A DNA stretch of 64,000 nucleotides from the NCBI GenBank assembly GCA_973895155.1, contig OZ316896.1, positions 2,356,001-2,420,000 on the forward strand. Reading direction: 5' to 3'. Shown one piece after another: positions 23,281 through 36,887 of this stretch. Under the pieces are notes generated by a model, which worked only from the letters and a program-made list of their open reading frames with translations, searched no databases and was not told where the DNA came from. This DNA comes from Marsupella aquatica (lineage: Eukaryota > Plantae > Marchantiophyta). A program made the position numbers and the translations under genes. Positions within the stretch are counted from its first letter, which is position 1, and each line of letters opens with the position of its first letter.

Positions 23281-24073
23281 CTCTTCAATATTCATACGGG
23301 TAGTTAGTGCTAATAAGCTGAAAGTTACATTAGCATGTCCAATACGCCATTTTCGCACCCCACTACAATAGGTTATTGAACAGAGTTCACCCAATGGAAC
23401 CTCCATCTTTTTGGTTAGCTTCATTCCACGCGCAATTGAATTTCTGTCCCAACTGTTTGCCTCGTAAAATCATTCATTCTCTCTACTGTCTTGTCGATGG
23501 CAGCGGCAGGATTGTCTGCGAATTTGATGATGAAAAAAACAGCTCAGGCACAGCCATTCAAAGTCAAATGTAGGCACTTCACATGAAAACATAATCTCTC
23601 GGCATATCACCAAAAAGCTTGGATCATTTCATGTGTTGAGCCTCAACCAATTTTAGATACTTTTTCCATCGAATCGCACCGAAAGGTTCTGCAAGAGATT
23701 TCTTTCATCAGAGGTGATTTAATAGCTCCACTGTTTAACGTGAGGAGCTTAATATTATCCATCTGTTTAACAGCATCCATCGATTGGAGACGATGCTTGT
23801 AAATTTTTCTCAGTTACGGACTTGAATCCATCGAGAATTGAAATCCGGATAAAGTATTAGCTTCGGGATTGAGATGTTCCACTCTGAGAAAGGCAGAGAG
23901 CGCGGTCAAGAGACCAGGAGAGAAAACTAGTTTGTTCGGATTTTATAAATTCTGGAATTGATTTCGTGTTTCTGCAAGCTGATCGGCAAGGTGGCGGGTG
24001 AGCTAAACGAGCTGGAGAGTCCCCTGTTTGCCCGTGATTTTGGCTGGAAGGAGAGGCTGCGAAGAGGAGAGCA

Positions 24074-27000
24074 ATGTTGCAGAACAAATCGTTCGTTAAG
24101 AAAACTCGGCATGGCAAAGTGCTCAAGGTGTGTTGTCGTAATTCTACAATTTGCAGTCAATTGGACCCTATCGTTTAAGGTCCTGTATGTTAAAGCCCTG
24201 TAGAAACACTGTTGCCAGGGTTTAAGGACGTACGACTGCAAAAAAATTCGACGGTTTTGATTGAAAGAATTTAGATTTAGTGCGGACGAATTTAGAATTG
24301 TGCTTATGGTTTATCGTTTCGATGACTGGTCTCATGGCTGCTTCAGAGAACTCCCAACCTTTCTTTCGCCGTCGTCCAAAGCTACCGCCACTCCAGATTC
24401 TAGGGCTTAGCTTGAACCCTAAAAATCTGAGTAACTTGACTACTTGTGTACCTGCACTGTGAGCCACTGAGCATGAGTTTCACGTCCGATTATTGGCTTG
24501 AATGGTCATTTGCACGATAGGTTGCGGGTGCATCCTCTTTAATATCGAAAGCTGGACCTACTCTGCTGAATCTCCCTCTCCACCTTTCTGCGAAGCACAG
24601 GGAAGGACAGATCCACTGAAAGTAGGAGTTCGTTCTTGGCTTTGACAGGTAGTCCGTGAGCACTATCTGCGAGATGACATAGCATGTGGAGCAACGTTCT
24701 GTCCAGTCTGTGACACTTCAAAAGCCTCACTCACGCAGTCATCATCTCAGATCCTTGTTATTGATACCAATGTTGCCCTCCATCAGGTACCCTTGCTTAC
24801 CTCCTTCGTTCCAGCGCCAAGTTTAATTTGTCTGGTGCATTCAAGATAATTCATTTACATTTTAGCCCTTGCTTTACATTTCAAACAAATATAGGCAATA
24901 GATTTGCGTTTGTTGAGTTGGATTGTATTTGAGGACATTACCGGCTTATGTGTTGTATCCTTATGATGTTTTTAATCAATTACTTCTTGTCATCATCAGA
25001 TTGACCTTTTAGAGAATGTCGCGATCAGCAACGTGGTAGTTTTGTCCGTTGTTCTAGAGGAAGTAAAAAACAAGAACTTAAGTGCCTACAACCGCTTAAG
25101 GACAATTAGCAGCAACCGAGCTCGCCAGTTTTTTGTTTTCTCAAATGAGAACCATAAGTAAGGCTCTGAACTCTCGAGTTTCCTGACATTTGTTTCTGCA
25201 AAATTCGTCCACATAGATTTCAGAATAATGTGTGCAAATCCTATTTTAGAAACCGTTTCACACATTTGAGTATCACGGAGGATTGTGAGTAGTTTACAGG
25301 GCTATATTGCGTTCTGGACTTCTTCACTTGTCATACTAGCTTGGGGACTATCAGTACTGGCTTGGAATGCTCCTGCATCGATGACACGTCCGATGTGCAG
25401 GGAAACGTATATCAAAGGATTTGCTGGTGAGAGCCCAAATGATCGAAATGACCGTGGTAAGTTTACTTAGATCTTTTTCACTTCTTCACATGCGGGTTCT
25501 CCATATATTCACATGGAGGCATGAATTCTGGACTTTTGGCAAGATTTCTTTTAAAGCTCCCGAGACTCCGGTTCGATAGCTTTTGGTCTGTTAGTGTCGT
25601 TGATATAAGTTATTTGACATTCTTTCGCAGCAATCAGAGTGGCAACGGCATGGTATCAGCAGCATTTGGGTCCTGGTGTCAGAATTCTTCTTGTTACAAA
25701 CGACGCGGATAACAGAAGGAAGGCTCTCCAAGATGGCATTGCTGCTGAAACAGGTTGTTATTATGAATGGTGACTTTGGTAACTTGTTATGTCTATATTG
25801 TGCTTTGATAGTGAGCGCTGAGCATCACTTTCAAAGTGAGCCTTGGGAAGATTCTGCGTAGGGTGCGGAGTTCAACCTTATTTGAATTGTTCGCAGTTGT
25901 TATTTCTAAATGGTCTCTTGTGGCATTCAGTCCAAGAATTCGTTCAGAAGCTGGGACAAACAGATCTTCTGGATCTGGTAGCACGGAGCGGAACCAACGA
26001 TACTGACATGCCGGATGTGGAGGATCATCGTGCTTCGAAACGGAAAGTAATATACCCTGAGGTATATTTTTACTACCTAGCATAGATGGCATTAATGGTT
26101 CAAAGCATAGGTATAATGCCTGTTGGGGTTAAATGAAAAACGCAATGGAGAACTAAGGTTGTGGGTGTTACGCGGCTACTGCAAGCTCCGCTTGCTGATG
26201 CGTTTTGTCAATTGATACCTCCCATATTAAGTGGTTAGGGTTCCATTGACTATCTGCAGCATGATGCGGTTGCTTACGCCTTTTGTTCTTCTCCTTTTCT
26301 TTGTTGTGGACAGCACAAACCCATGTCAGAGATAACAGCAGGTTTACACAAGGGCGTCTTTCATCAAGGAAAACTGCGGGTCAATAGATACAACGCTTTT
26401 GAGGCTTATGTTGGAAGCGAGAGCATTGGGGATGAGATTTTGATAAATGGAAGAGTGGACATGAACCGTGCTTTTGATGGAGATGTTGTAGCTGTGGAGC
26501 TTTTGCCAGAGGAGCAATGGCAAGGAAACTCCTCAGGAAAGATAGTAGAAGATGGCAAGTGCGAGAACCAGTTTTTCGAAGTTAGTCAATTTACTTGATA
26601 TTCTTCCCGGGGGAGTAGGATAGATTCAGATCAATAGTTGAATGTGCCCCTGAAGGTTGAAGTGATTTGCTCGTAGAAATTGCAAAAAAGTTATATACTG
26701 AAATATGTATTACCTCAGTGTTTGGATTTCAGAGACGCAAGCACTTTGAAGCCTTTCATCATTGCTTGCTTATCAGGGTTGCTCACTTAATTCTTGTGTT
26801 TGTCTCTGGTCATTTCAGTTGATGACGATGAGGACGAAGAAAGGGTTGGATTGGTCCCAGACACTGCAGATGAAGCCTCTCGTGAAGTATTTCAGAAGGA
26901 AAGTGAGAAATCTGCTCCTGCTCTTGTAGCACGACCGCGTGGACGTGTAGTCGGAATCATCAAGCGAAATTGGCGACCGTAAGTTCCTTTCTGTGTGGAA

Positions 27001-30000
27001 CTCTCTAGTGCTTTTGGAGCTGCAAAACTTCATATCATGCTCCTTCTCGAATTCGAGAAAGCAGCAGCACCGTAGTATGGGCAAAACAAGACTGAATATT
27101 GTTTCGTAGAGAAGAATAGACCATGGACTCGTGCGCATGTCATTTCATTTTTTCCGCTGTGATGTTGCCACTTTGCATAATCGTTATGAAGGTGAAATTG
27201 ACAATCAGTTAACCCATACCTATTCATAGAAAGAACTCTGCCTTGTGAATAGCGAGGTGAATAAAGGGATAATTGATGCATTGATTTTGTGCTCTGCTCC
27301 ATTTTGCGTTTCTGCCATAGGTGCAAGTGCTTATTCGCTCTACCTATGGTTCCAGATCTTGTGTTTTTAGACTCAATTGTGTAGGGCTAACTGATCAAGT
27401 ACGGGCTTGGATCATCGAATAAACGGGATGGTGATGTTACAGGTACTGCGGATCGCTGGAACCTATGTCAATGCCTGCAAGTGGCGGAGGGGTGGTCAAT
27501 GCACTGTTTGTATCTGCAGATCGGCGAATACCCAAGATTCGAATTCAAACTCGTCAACTAGAAAATCTGGCAACGAAACGCATAATTGTTGCTGTGGACA
27601 CTTGGGAGCGAACCTCTCGGTATCCGACTGGACACTATGTCAACGCTATCGGTGAAATTGGGGACCGTGGAACTGAGAGTGAGGCGAGTTCTTGTAGATC
27701 CTTGCCTTATTCTGTTTTTGTGACTTTCAATCATATAAGTGGGCCATTGGTGATCGATATGAGTGTTTGATGAAAGCCCATTAGTATTAGAACAACGGCT
27801 TGTCTCTTCCCATCTGTACGTCCCGGTTCTTTTTGTTGATTGTCCATTTGTGGTGATTTGAATGGATCTCCAGGTTTTACTGCTGGAGAATGATATAAGC
27901 AATAAGCCCTTTTCAGAGCAGGTCTTGGCCTGCCTTCCACCTCTACCCTGGTCATTGTCTCCAGAAGATGTGCAAAATCCAAACCGTCGAGACCTGCGTT
28001 CCATCCGAGTTTTCAGCGTTGACCCTCCAGGTATGTAGACTATTCTTTACTTCCAACACATATGTCTAGTAGCTTTATATAGGACAGAAGGTCTTTGACA
28101 GGTCAATGTATACTCACTGTTCGTACAACTTATCCAGAATTTCACCACTTGTTTTGTTATTCTTTCTAAACTGCAACTTGCCAGAGTAAATCACATGACT
28201 CCTGTTTTGTGCAGGCTGCAAAGACATTGACGATGCCTTACATTGTACACTCCGTCAAGATGGAAACTATGAAGTTGGAGTCCGTATCCTCAATGCGGCC
28301 CTTCTGCAAGACGTTTTGAGAGTGTCACAGCTGCAAGATTTTCTTGACCGCATTATTAGCTCACTACAGGACTTGTTTCTTGACTTGTCGCTGATTATTA
28401 GACATTGCAGATGTGACCAATTTTGTGCTCCCTGGCACTCCTCTAGATGAGGAAGCGTCACAGCGAGGCACCTCTGTCTACTTAGTAGAGCGCCGCATAG
28501 ACATGCTTCCAAAACCACTCACAGAAGGTAAGGTAGACTAACGTCTGAACACATATAATCTTGTCCTATTGAGCCTAACCAGTGTTTATCTATCAAATAG
28601 GCAAAATTGTTGTCTATATAAGTGGGTAGGTTCGTTCCTGTGTACATGACACCGGTTCTGATGATTAAAATTAGAAGATAAGCAGTTGTCTACTTTCTAC
28701 TCTCGTCAGTGGAGAGATCTACTTTAACATTTATAATAAATTATGTTCTAAGGTGAAAAATCTTATGAAGTTGTTTTTCATTCCTGAGTCTTACTTTGGT
28801 TTTGATGTCCAGATATATGCTCATTGCGTGGGGAAGTTGAAAGGCTGGCGTTCTCTGTAGTTTGGGTACGTGAGAAGTTTAAGTGTGATGTAGTAAAACA
28901 CAAATGACAGTTCTGAACTGAGATGTAGAGTTCTGTTGCGATGAACTTCCGGAACATGCAACTGGAAAAGTATACGTTCAGTTTTATTTGCAGCTCTCAT
29001 GGGTCTGAACAAATTCATTTCATTTCAATCCGCTTTGGGAAACTTTCAGGAGATGACGCCAGACGCAGAGGTCATATCAGTACAGTTTACAAAGAGCATC
29101 ATTAAGTCAGCTGCTGCAATGTCTTATATTGAAGCCCAAGCTCTCATGGATGACAGGTACTTTGTCCCTTAGTTGAAGATATGTTTACCTAACTTATATC
29201 TTTCAACTTTTCTCCGATTGGATGAATTTGGTAATTTCAACTTCTAAGTGGGGTTCAGTGTTGAGCACCGGTATCCATTCTAAGTTACTAAACACTTCGT
29301 CCTACCTCAAAGCACATGGGAACGTTTGTCGATACTTTTGCCTCCTTAATCTACCAGGAGATGTATGGATACGAGGAAAGGCATTTGTCACATATATTCT
29401 GTGTGACTTCTTACATATAATCCAGGATCTTTTGGGTAGTAGTATTAACTAATGGGTTTGATTCTCTTATGCTTTGCAGTCGCCTCTCAGATCCTCTTAC
29501 AGTTGATCTTCGCAACCTGAATAGGCTTGCTAAGGTAAGCAACTTTCCTCAATGTCTGTGTAATGTCAATCTTGCTCCTCTTAAGCAGGAATACCTGTTC
29601 TTATCTGTTTCTTTCTTTCGTTGGACGGGTGTTTGATTTTCCTGGGGTTCCTGGCGGACGTTAGCTTTGAGATGAACGAGAATGACAATGAGCCCCAGAG
29701 ATTTATTGAGATGCAATTTATTAAGAATTATAGTCTACGTAATGGCATGGCTGCAGATTATGAGACAAAGGCGTATAGACCGTGGTGCTCTCACATTGGC
29801 TTCTCCAGAAGTCAAGTTTGAGATCGACTCGGAAACACATGACCCTCTTGATGTTGGTAGGTCACCCGTTTGTTCATATTATGCTTTTACAAGGGTTTTG
29901 TGCTTGTGCTCAATGAATTTCTCCAAAGTAACTGCAAATTTACAATCTGCTGCGATTGATCTCATGAGTTGATGAGATATCGCTGCTGATCATTGGCAAA

Positions 30001-32551
30001 ATTAATGCAGGGATGTATCAAGTGCGAGAAGCAAATCAGATGATTGAAGAGTTTATGCTTGCAGCCAATGTCGCTGTGGCAGAGAAGATCGTGAACCACT
30101 TTTCTCAGTTTTCTTTGCTGCGGTAAAGTTTTGAAATGGCCGGAAACTACTGCAGTCTCCTTTGTGGAGTGGTCTATCGTTTAATTTCGATTGAAGTGAT
30201 TGACTGCATTGTCGAGAGTTAGGCTCAATGTTTAGAATGAATGAATCCTTCCAGTTAAGCGGAAGGCATCAGAGCACAAGTTGCAGGACGACAATTGAAA
30301 GAATTTGGATACTTTCTTTAACCGAGAAGTACTTTACTGTCACCACGATGAGAGGTCAGAAACGTTAGTATCTCATAGGTTTAAAGCAGCTTTGTATCTG
30401 ATGATAGAAAAATGATTGTCTGCTTGCTTGGTACAGGAGACATCCAGTGCCCAGTCCAAAAATGTTAGAACCATTGCTACTTACGGCAGCTGCAGTGGGT
30501 GCGGGATTAGATGTTACCTCATCCAAGAGTTTAGCAGATTCATTGGATCGTGCTGTCGTAAGTTCACAAAATCTCAGACATTTTTCCCATTGTTACTTTT
30601 CAAAGGGTGACGTGTAGATTACATTTAAGCTGCATGGAAGCAGATAGATTCAATTTGAAGAGTGTCTAGTAATAAGCCCTCCCTGTCTTTGTTGCTATCA
30701 GGGCAAGAACGAAAAAGGGGAAAAAAAAAATTGTAGTTGACCCTCATGACCAGATTCCTGCAAGTTTGAGTGGTCCTCGTTTCTCTTAATATTGAAGGAA
30801 TTCGGGTTCACTTCTGCGATTGGATCTTAAGTACCCAGCGCATTCGTTATGAAGATACATAGCTGATGTCCACCTATATTACTTGTTGTGGAAACAGAAA
30901 TCCGACGATCCGTACTTCAACAAGCTGATTCGTATTCTCGCTACGCGGTGCATGACTCAGGTTTGCGCTAAATTCCTTTAAACATTCTTTCACAGCTTCT
31001 AATTTGGTGACAATGACACGCCATTCTTCTGTCTCTATGGACAAGACCCAATTAAGAGATAAAGGAACTAAGCTTTATGAGTTCGCTTTGTGGAATATGT
31101 AACAATCATGTGCTTCTGGTGGTTACTGTTCAGGCTGTATATTTTTGTAGTGGTGAACTGACTCCCCCAGAATACCACCATTACGGACTAGCAGCTCCCA
31201 TTTACACGCACTTCACTTCCCCTATTCGAAGATATGCAGGTTAGTTTCTTGAATACTTTAGATGATAATGTTTGCATATTGTAGTACTCTATTTGTTTTA
31301 CGGATGTTAAAACGAATCGCGTTATTGGTAGGGAACTCGACTTGCTTACCTGAGTAAGTTTGTTACTAGGTTTGATTAGTCAGAGTTTGAGGATCTCGTG
31401 CATTTGTACAGCTAAGTTGGAGCAGAATTGCTGTTCTGATGCTTGCGGGAAGACTTACTATTCCCAATTAGTCGTGCAAACTAGTCCACTTAATGCAAGG
31501 ATCATGTGATTCCATCATGTTTCATGTTGTCTACTGAGGCAGGTCTTAGATAGCTTAAAACATTTGTTGGGCGAATTTGAGAAATTTCAATTTCCAAACA
31601 TTGAACATGACATGTTTTTTGACAGATGTTATTGTACATAGACTACTCGCGGCTGCGATTGGACTGAATGCCTTACCTCCTGTACAGAAGGAAAAGTCGA
31701 TGTTGACTAGTCTTTCAGACAGTAAGTTCACACCTTGCCAAATGCAGCATATCTCAAAATGGTTTCAATGTCGGTTCAACTGGAGAGTTGAGAGCTGTTT
31801 TGATTAATTAGCTCATAGCGCATGCTCGTAATGAAGCTGGGATGAATAACCTAAATTCTTTGTTTTGTCTTTCAAGATCTCAATTATCGGCATCGAAATG
31901 CTCAAATGGCTGGCCGTGCGTCCATAGAACTTCACACATTAATATTTTTCAAGAATAGGTACCTTCTTGTCATTACCAAGTGCTTTTCCAATGATAAGGG
32001 CGGTATTGCCGGAATATTGTTTTCAGGTTCTCTAATTCCGGCTTCAAGCGTGTTACTATACATATGAGAGCGCGTTGACGTTCTGTACTCACCTCTGCAA
32101 TCTTTTTACTTACACCTGTACTCATTTTCTGGGTTATTGTTTCATTCTCAGGCCCGTGGACACAGAAGCGAGGATTGTCAGGATAAAGTCAAATGGACTG
32201 ATTGTCTTTGTGCCGAAGTAAGTAGCCCAGTATTCCAATATCTTTGAATACCATGGCTTCGGATTTAATTTCAGAAGATTTTGTTGAGACTCGTCTCTGA
32301 AGCAAAGTATGATTGGTTGCAGGTTTGGTATTGAAGGTCCTGTATTTCTTTCTGGTAAGGAGAAGCAGAAGGGTAAGAACAAGGACGGTGATTGGATCGT
32401 CAATGAACACGATCAGACAACATCATCACGTGATGGAAAATATCACTTTAAAGTTCTTGACAAGTTGGTTGTTCACATTGAGGTTGTGGAGCCACAACCA
32501 AACAGGCCAAAGTTGCAGCTCTCTGTTGTTGACAGAACTGCTGCTGATTAG
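24074..32551 (+). CDS. RRP44: Exosome catalytic subunit RRP44/DIS3 (PIN, cold-shock, RNB and S1 domains; multi-exon)
   Basis: Start [21 protein letters not shown] exons [21 protein letters not shown] and LLVTNDADN; [23 protein letters not shown]; [13 protein letters not shown]; [15 protein letters not shown]; IEEFMLAAN; [20 protein letters not shown]. Ends ...[12 protein letters not shown]. Confidence 0.96.
28284..28401 (+). other. Probable U12-type (minor spliceosome) GT-AG intron in RRP44
   Basis: 5' splice site GTATCCTC; branch-like TTCTTGAC at 28377-28384, ~18 nt before AG; splicing restores GV(H)IADV. Confidence 0.7.
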
Positions 32552-33461
32552 CATAATTGTGCTCCACTTGAAAAATCAGTGGAGATCAATTTTGAAGTTA
32601 GGATGTCCCGGTTCCGAAGTGAATTTAAATTTGAGGATATTTTGTTGATTATTTGTCATCATATGAATCATCTGGAAATGGCCCTAAATCTACGATAAAA
32701 CTGTCGAACAGATTGTACTAATATCTTGGAGTACATTTTTGAAGTGCGGAAGAACGATTGGTTGATCTTGAAGACAATCTGACATAGAGCAGAATTGAAG
32801 AGCACTCACCTCCATGCCTGAGCGCATACAAAACACCACCAAAAATCTCTTTTTCAGAAAAAGTAGTTAGAAAAGAGCGGACCTCGAGTCAGCCGGCTAC
32901 TAGAGATTAGACAGGCCTTGCCTTAAAGTTGGGCAACCAAACTAATCAAAGTTAAATGTTGGTGACAGGGCTGTACCTTGCAGTTAGCCACCGAACCAGT
33001 AGAAAAGGTAAATGCTGGTGATAGGTTAGGAGGATGTCTCTTTTCCAACGTTATATGACTTACATTAACAAAGTGGTAGAGACTATACCATGGTAATGTT
33101 CCTCATAATAGCATATGTGAAGAACACCCATATCTAGAATAGGCTCGTGACAAATTTAGCTAATGTGTCACTATCACAACACCGCCCCCTACCAACTCTT
33201 TGGTCACTTAGTGTGAATTTTATGTTTCCAGGTTTACTCATCCATAGATATGTTTTACTCAAAAGAGAGAATCAAGGACTAAGAATTTATAACTCTGTTG
33301 GAAATTCAAGAGCCCCTGGATAAATAAGTGGTCTAAAAACTTGTACTTTCCTAACACAAAAAAGAAGTGAGACAAAAAGAGGACTTCCCTGAAAGCCTAC
33401 TGGTCTAGGATCTGGAATCCCCTGCTACTCTCATGTAAAAAGCAACCTTTGATGCTCCCTT

Positions 33462-33720
33462 CGTGGCTTGTCTATGTGCACATTCCCACCTCTTATTAAT
33501 AGATTCATTTCCACTGTTCAGAAGGATTAAAAAAAACCATCTTTGCCCAAGAAGCCCAAACCATTGGGTACTAGTCTTATATGCCCAATCCGTGGCTTGT
33601 CTATGTGCACATTCCCACCTCTTATTAATAGATTCATTTCCACTGTTCAGAAGGATTAAAAAAAACCATCTTTGCCCAAGAAGCCCAAACCATTGGGTAC
33701 TAGTCTTATATGCCCAATCC
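33462..33720. repeat. Apparently exact 129-bp tandem duplication
   Basis: cgtggcttgtctatgtgcac...atgcccaatc starts at 33462 and again at 33591. Confidence 0.95.
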
Positions 33721-34930
33721 AACCACGCAAATACATCTGCTCCAGAATTTAATTTGGAGAAACCCAGATTGGGTGGACCTACACTGCTCACTGCAAATTA
33801 GTGTCACACTGATTCTGGTGAAGCAAAGTTTAGGCTACACTCATTAATTAGTGCTACTCATTAAACAATGTTTTTGTCCAATAGAAAGAAGGTGGGTGCT
33901 CCAGGTTCCGCATAAAAATCCTTAGCCCTAGTATGGATGAATAGCCATGTTCCCCTCTTATGAGTAGAGCATTCCCACCTATTGCCCCATTTGTGACTCG
34001 ATATCAGTGTGAGTAGTGAGTGCATTGGCGAATCTGATATTCAATGGCGGGCAGCGTATGTACACAATCCCCACCTAAAGTGCTATTTTCACATGTGAAG
34101 GTTCCGGCATGCTGGGGAGAAGATCTGTCCGGCCAAGGCAGGCTGTTTTAAAATAATACAAGTTGGTGGAGTAGGGATTCACACTCACACTAATTCAATG
34201 CTAACATTAATGGCGGTGAAATGAACTGTGTAGGGCCATTGTGGCGTGCAAGGACACTGACAGGAAACAAATTCCTGTTATGAGTAAAAAAACCCACTTC
34301 TGTTAGACAAAGTTGTCCTTAGCTAACCAAAACCTGGTTACTATAACCCAGATTTGGAACTCCTATTTTGGCTAGCAAACTGGCTAGCCATTAGAGTCTT
34401 AAAAATGCACTAGAAAGTCAAAGTCAGCAAAAACGAAAAGACATAAAGGACCACTAGTGACTGGCTAACAATACTCTCCTCACTTTCAAAAGTAATCAAA
34501 AGACATAAAAGACCACTGACTAGTGACTTGCTAACAATACAAAAGACTTAGAGCCAACTTGCATGAGTGGGTCCTCACAAATGCAGCCTTCAGCTGCAGC
34601 AAAAGATTGGGGAAAAAGTAAATCTTGGATCACAGTTGGATCATGTGAAGTGCAACATGGCATGTGCTCAAACATTTTGTGTCGCTCTGTCGCTTACAAT
34701 CAAAGGTAATAAGGGCACAGCAAAGTTTCCAGTGCCACACTTCCGCAACATGTCACTTTTACCCTTTTTGTTCATGTGAAATTTTGAGGTCCGGACCTCA
34801 AGGGTCCTTGGAAGTGCTAGTTTTATGGCGTCAGGCTTGCACACGAGTAGTAAACTGCATTTTTCTCTAAGCCATTTCTATGCTGCATTCAGGAAGGTTT
34901 AGGGCCAAATTTGGTTTAGGGGCCAACTTT

Positions 34931-36107
34931 TAAAGTACAATGCGAGTTGGCTCTTCAAGGACCACTATGGCGTCACAAAGCAAGGCCATAAGGAAAAGTT
35001 GTGGGACACCAGTTGTGCCCATAAAACACCTTATGACCAGACTTTATGGGTCATTGGTTGCAGGGGGGATATGCATTGACCAGTGCCATAAGGGATGAGT
35101 TATGGGTACTCCGGCTCAGAGTAAGTGCTTTTGGCCCATCGCTGTTGGACAACCCCAAGCATATTACCTCAATAAGTGGTTATGATAGCATTCTAATAAT
35201 ACACATTGACTGGCATGTTGTTTTTTTCCCTGGATGACACGATGTTGTGATGACTCTATGTTGTGATGACACAAAATTCAAAGTGAGTCAAAGTTAAAGT
35301 TACGGGTTTAAGTAAGCAGCCGCAACACTTTCTTACAGGAGCTGATTTTGGCCTTCTGCAACTTTTATGGCCGTTCCCATAACTCATTACAGCCATGCTT
35401 TGAGACGCCCTACTAGTGACTGGCAAACAATACTCTCCTCCCTATCAAAAGTTACTGTTTGCTCACATTATACAATAACTCAACTCTCGACTGAACTGCG
35501 TACACTAAAGTACAATGCGAGTTGGCTCTTAAAGGACCACTGCGACGTCTCAAAGCAGGGCCATAAGGAAAAGTTATGGGACACCAGTTGTGCCCATAAA
35601 ACACCTTATGCCCAGACTTTACGGGCCATTGGTTGTAGGGGGGATGTGCATTGACCCGTGCCGTAAGGGATGAGTTATGGGTACTCCCGGTCAGAGTAAG
35701 TGCTTTTGGCCCGTCGCTGTTGGACAAGCCCAAGTATATTACCTCAATAAGTGGTCCCAAGTATATTACCTCAATAAGTGGTCACGATAGCATTCTAATA
35801 ATACACACTGTTAACTGACATGTAGTTTTTTTCCCTGGATGACACGATGTTGTGATGACGCAAAATTCAATCTTAGAGTTGAAGTTACGGGTTGCGGTAA
35901 GCGGCCGTCGCACTTTCTTATAGGAGCTGATTTTGGCCTCCCGCAATTTTTATGGCTGTTCCCGTAACTCAGTCCTTACGGCCAACTAGTAACTCATTAC
36001 AGCCGTGCTATGAGAAGCCCTACTATTGGCTCGCAAACAATACTCTCCTCCCTATCAAAAGTTAGTGTTTGCTCAAATCATACAATAACTCAACTGTGTA
36101 CACTAAA
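34931..36107. repeat. Diverged ~575-600-bp tandem duplication, with an internal ~27-bp duplication at ~35730-35783
   Basis: taaagtacaatgcgagttggctctt at 34931 and 35506; the units stay colinear through caatactctcctccctatcaaaagtta. Confidence 0.85.
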
Positions 36108-36887
36108 TAAGCAGTATAGTATTGCTATACTTTAGTGGCGGCCAATCCACACGTACTACCTGTAATTGGACGACATGGACAAAGTCTAGGCCATGTTTTG
36201 CTTTGTGGTGGAGAATGGGAGGAGCTCCAGCACACTTTCGACGAATTCCACAGCAAGTGGACTCCGCCCGAACCAGTCAGCCACCAGGACTATACTTGTG
36301 GCTGGCAAGATTTCGCATCGGATAGAGAGTATGTGCAGAGAGATCAGTTCCAGCTGTGCAGTGTGCCCCAGCTGTTTGGATTCCATTCTCTGAACCAGGA
36401 GATTCTGAAGAAACTGCCATCGCCACTCTGAACCAGGAGTCGATTCTGAAGAGGCTGCCATTGCCATGGTTGTTACTGATCTGGTCTGATCTAGTCTGAT
36501 CTAGTCTGCATAGGCTGAGACGAGGACTGGAGTGAAGTGGGCTTGATGTGTGAGACGAGGACTGGAGTAAAGTGGGTTTGATGTGTGTGGAAAACTCACT
36601 TCTGGAGGAAAGCAAGTTGTTCTGGGAAGGTTGAATTTGCTAGTGGATTTGATGAGCTCCACTCCCCACCTAGAGCAGCCGAATTGTGATTGTGGGGGCT
36701 TGACTTCTGGGAAATTGATCGTCCCGTGGAGGAGAGTTAGGAGATTATTCCTGTCCATGTGAGCGGGTGTGGTAGAGGTGAAAAGATAATAGAAATTTCT
36801 GTTTTCCTTTTTGCGGGGGAAGATCAGGCGGAGGTTGTGACGAATTCATTTGTGTAATAAGTTGGGGAGGTTGGGGAGACTGTTGCC

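Noticed and set aside
36186-36467. 93-aa minus-strand ORF divergent from the Rdx-like gene
   Set aside because: Contains short internal duplications and no recognisable motif; insufficient support.
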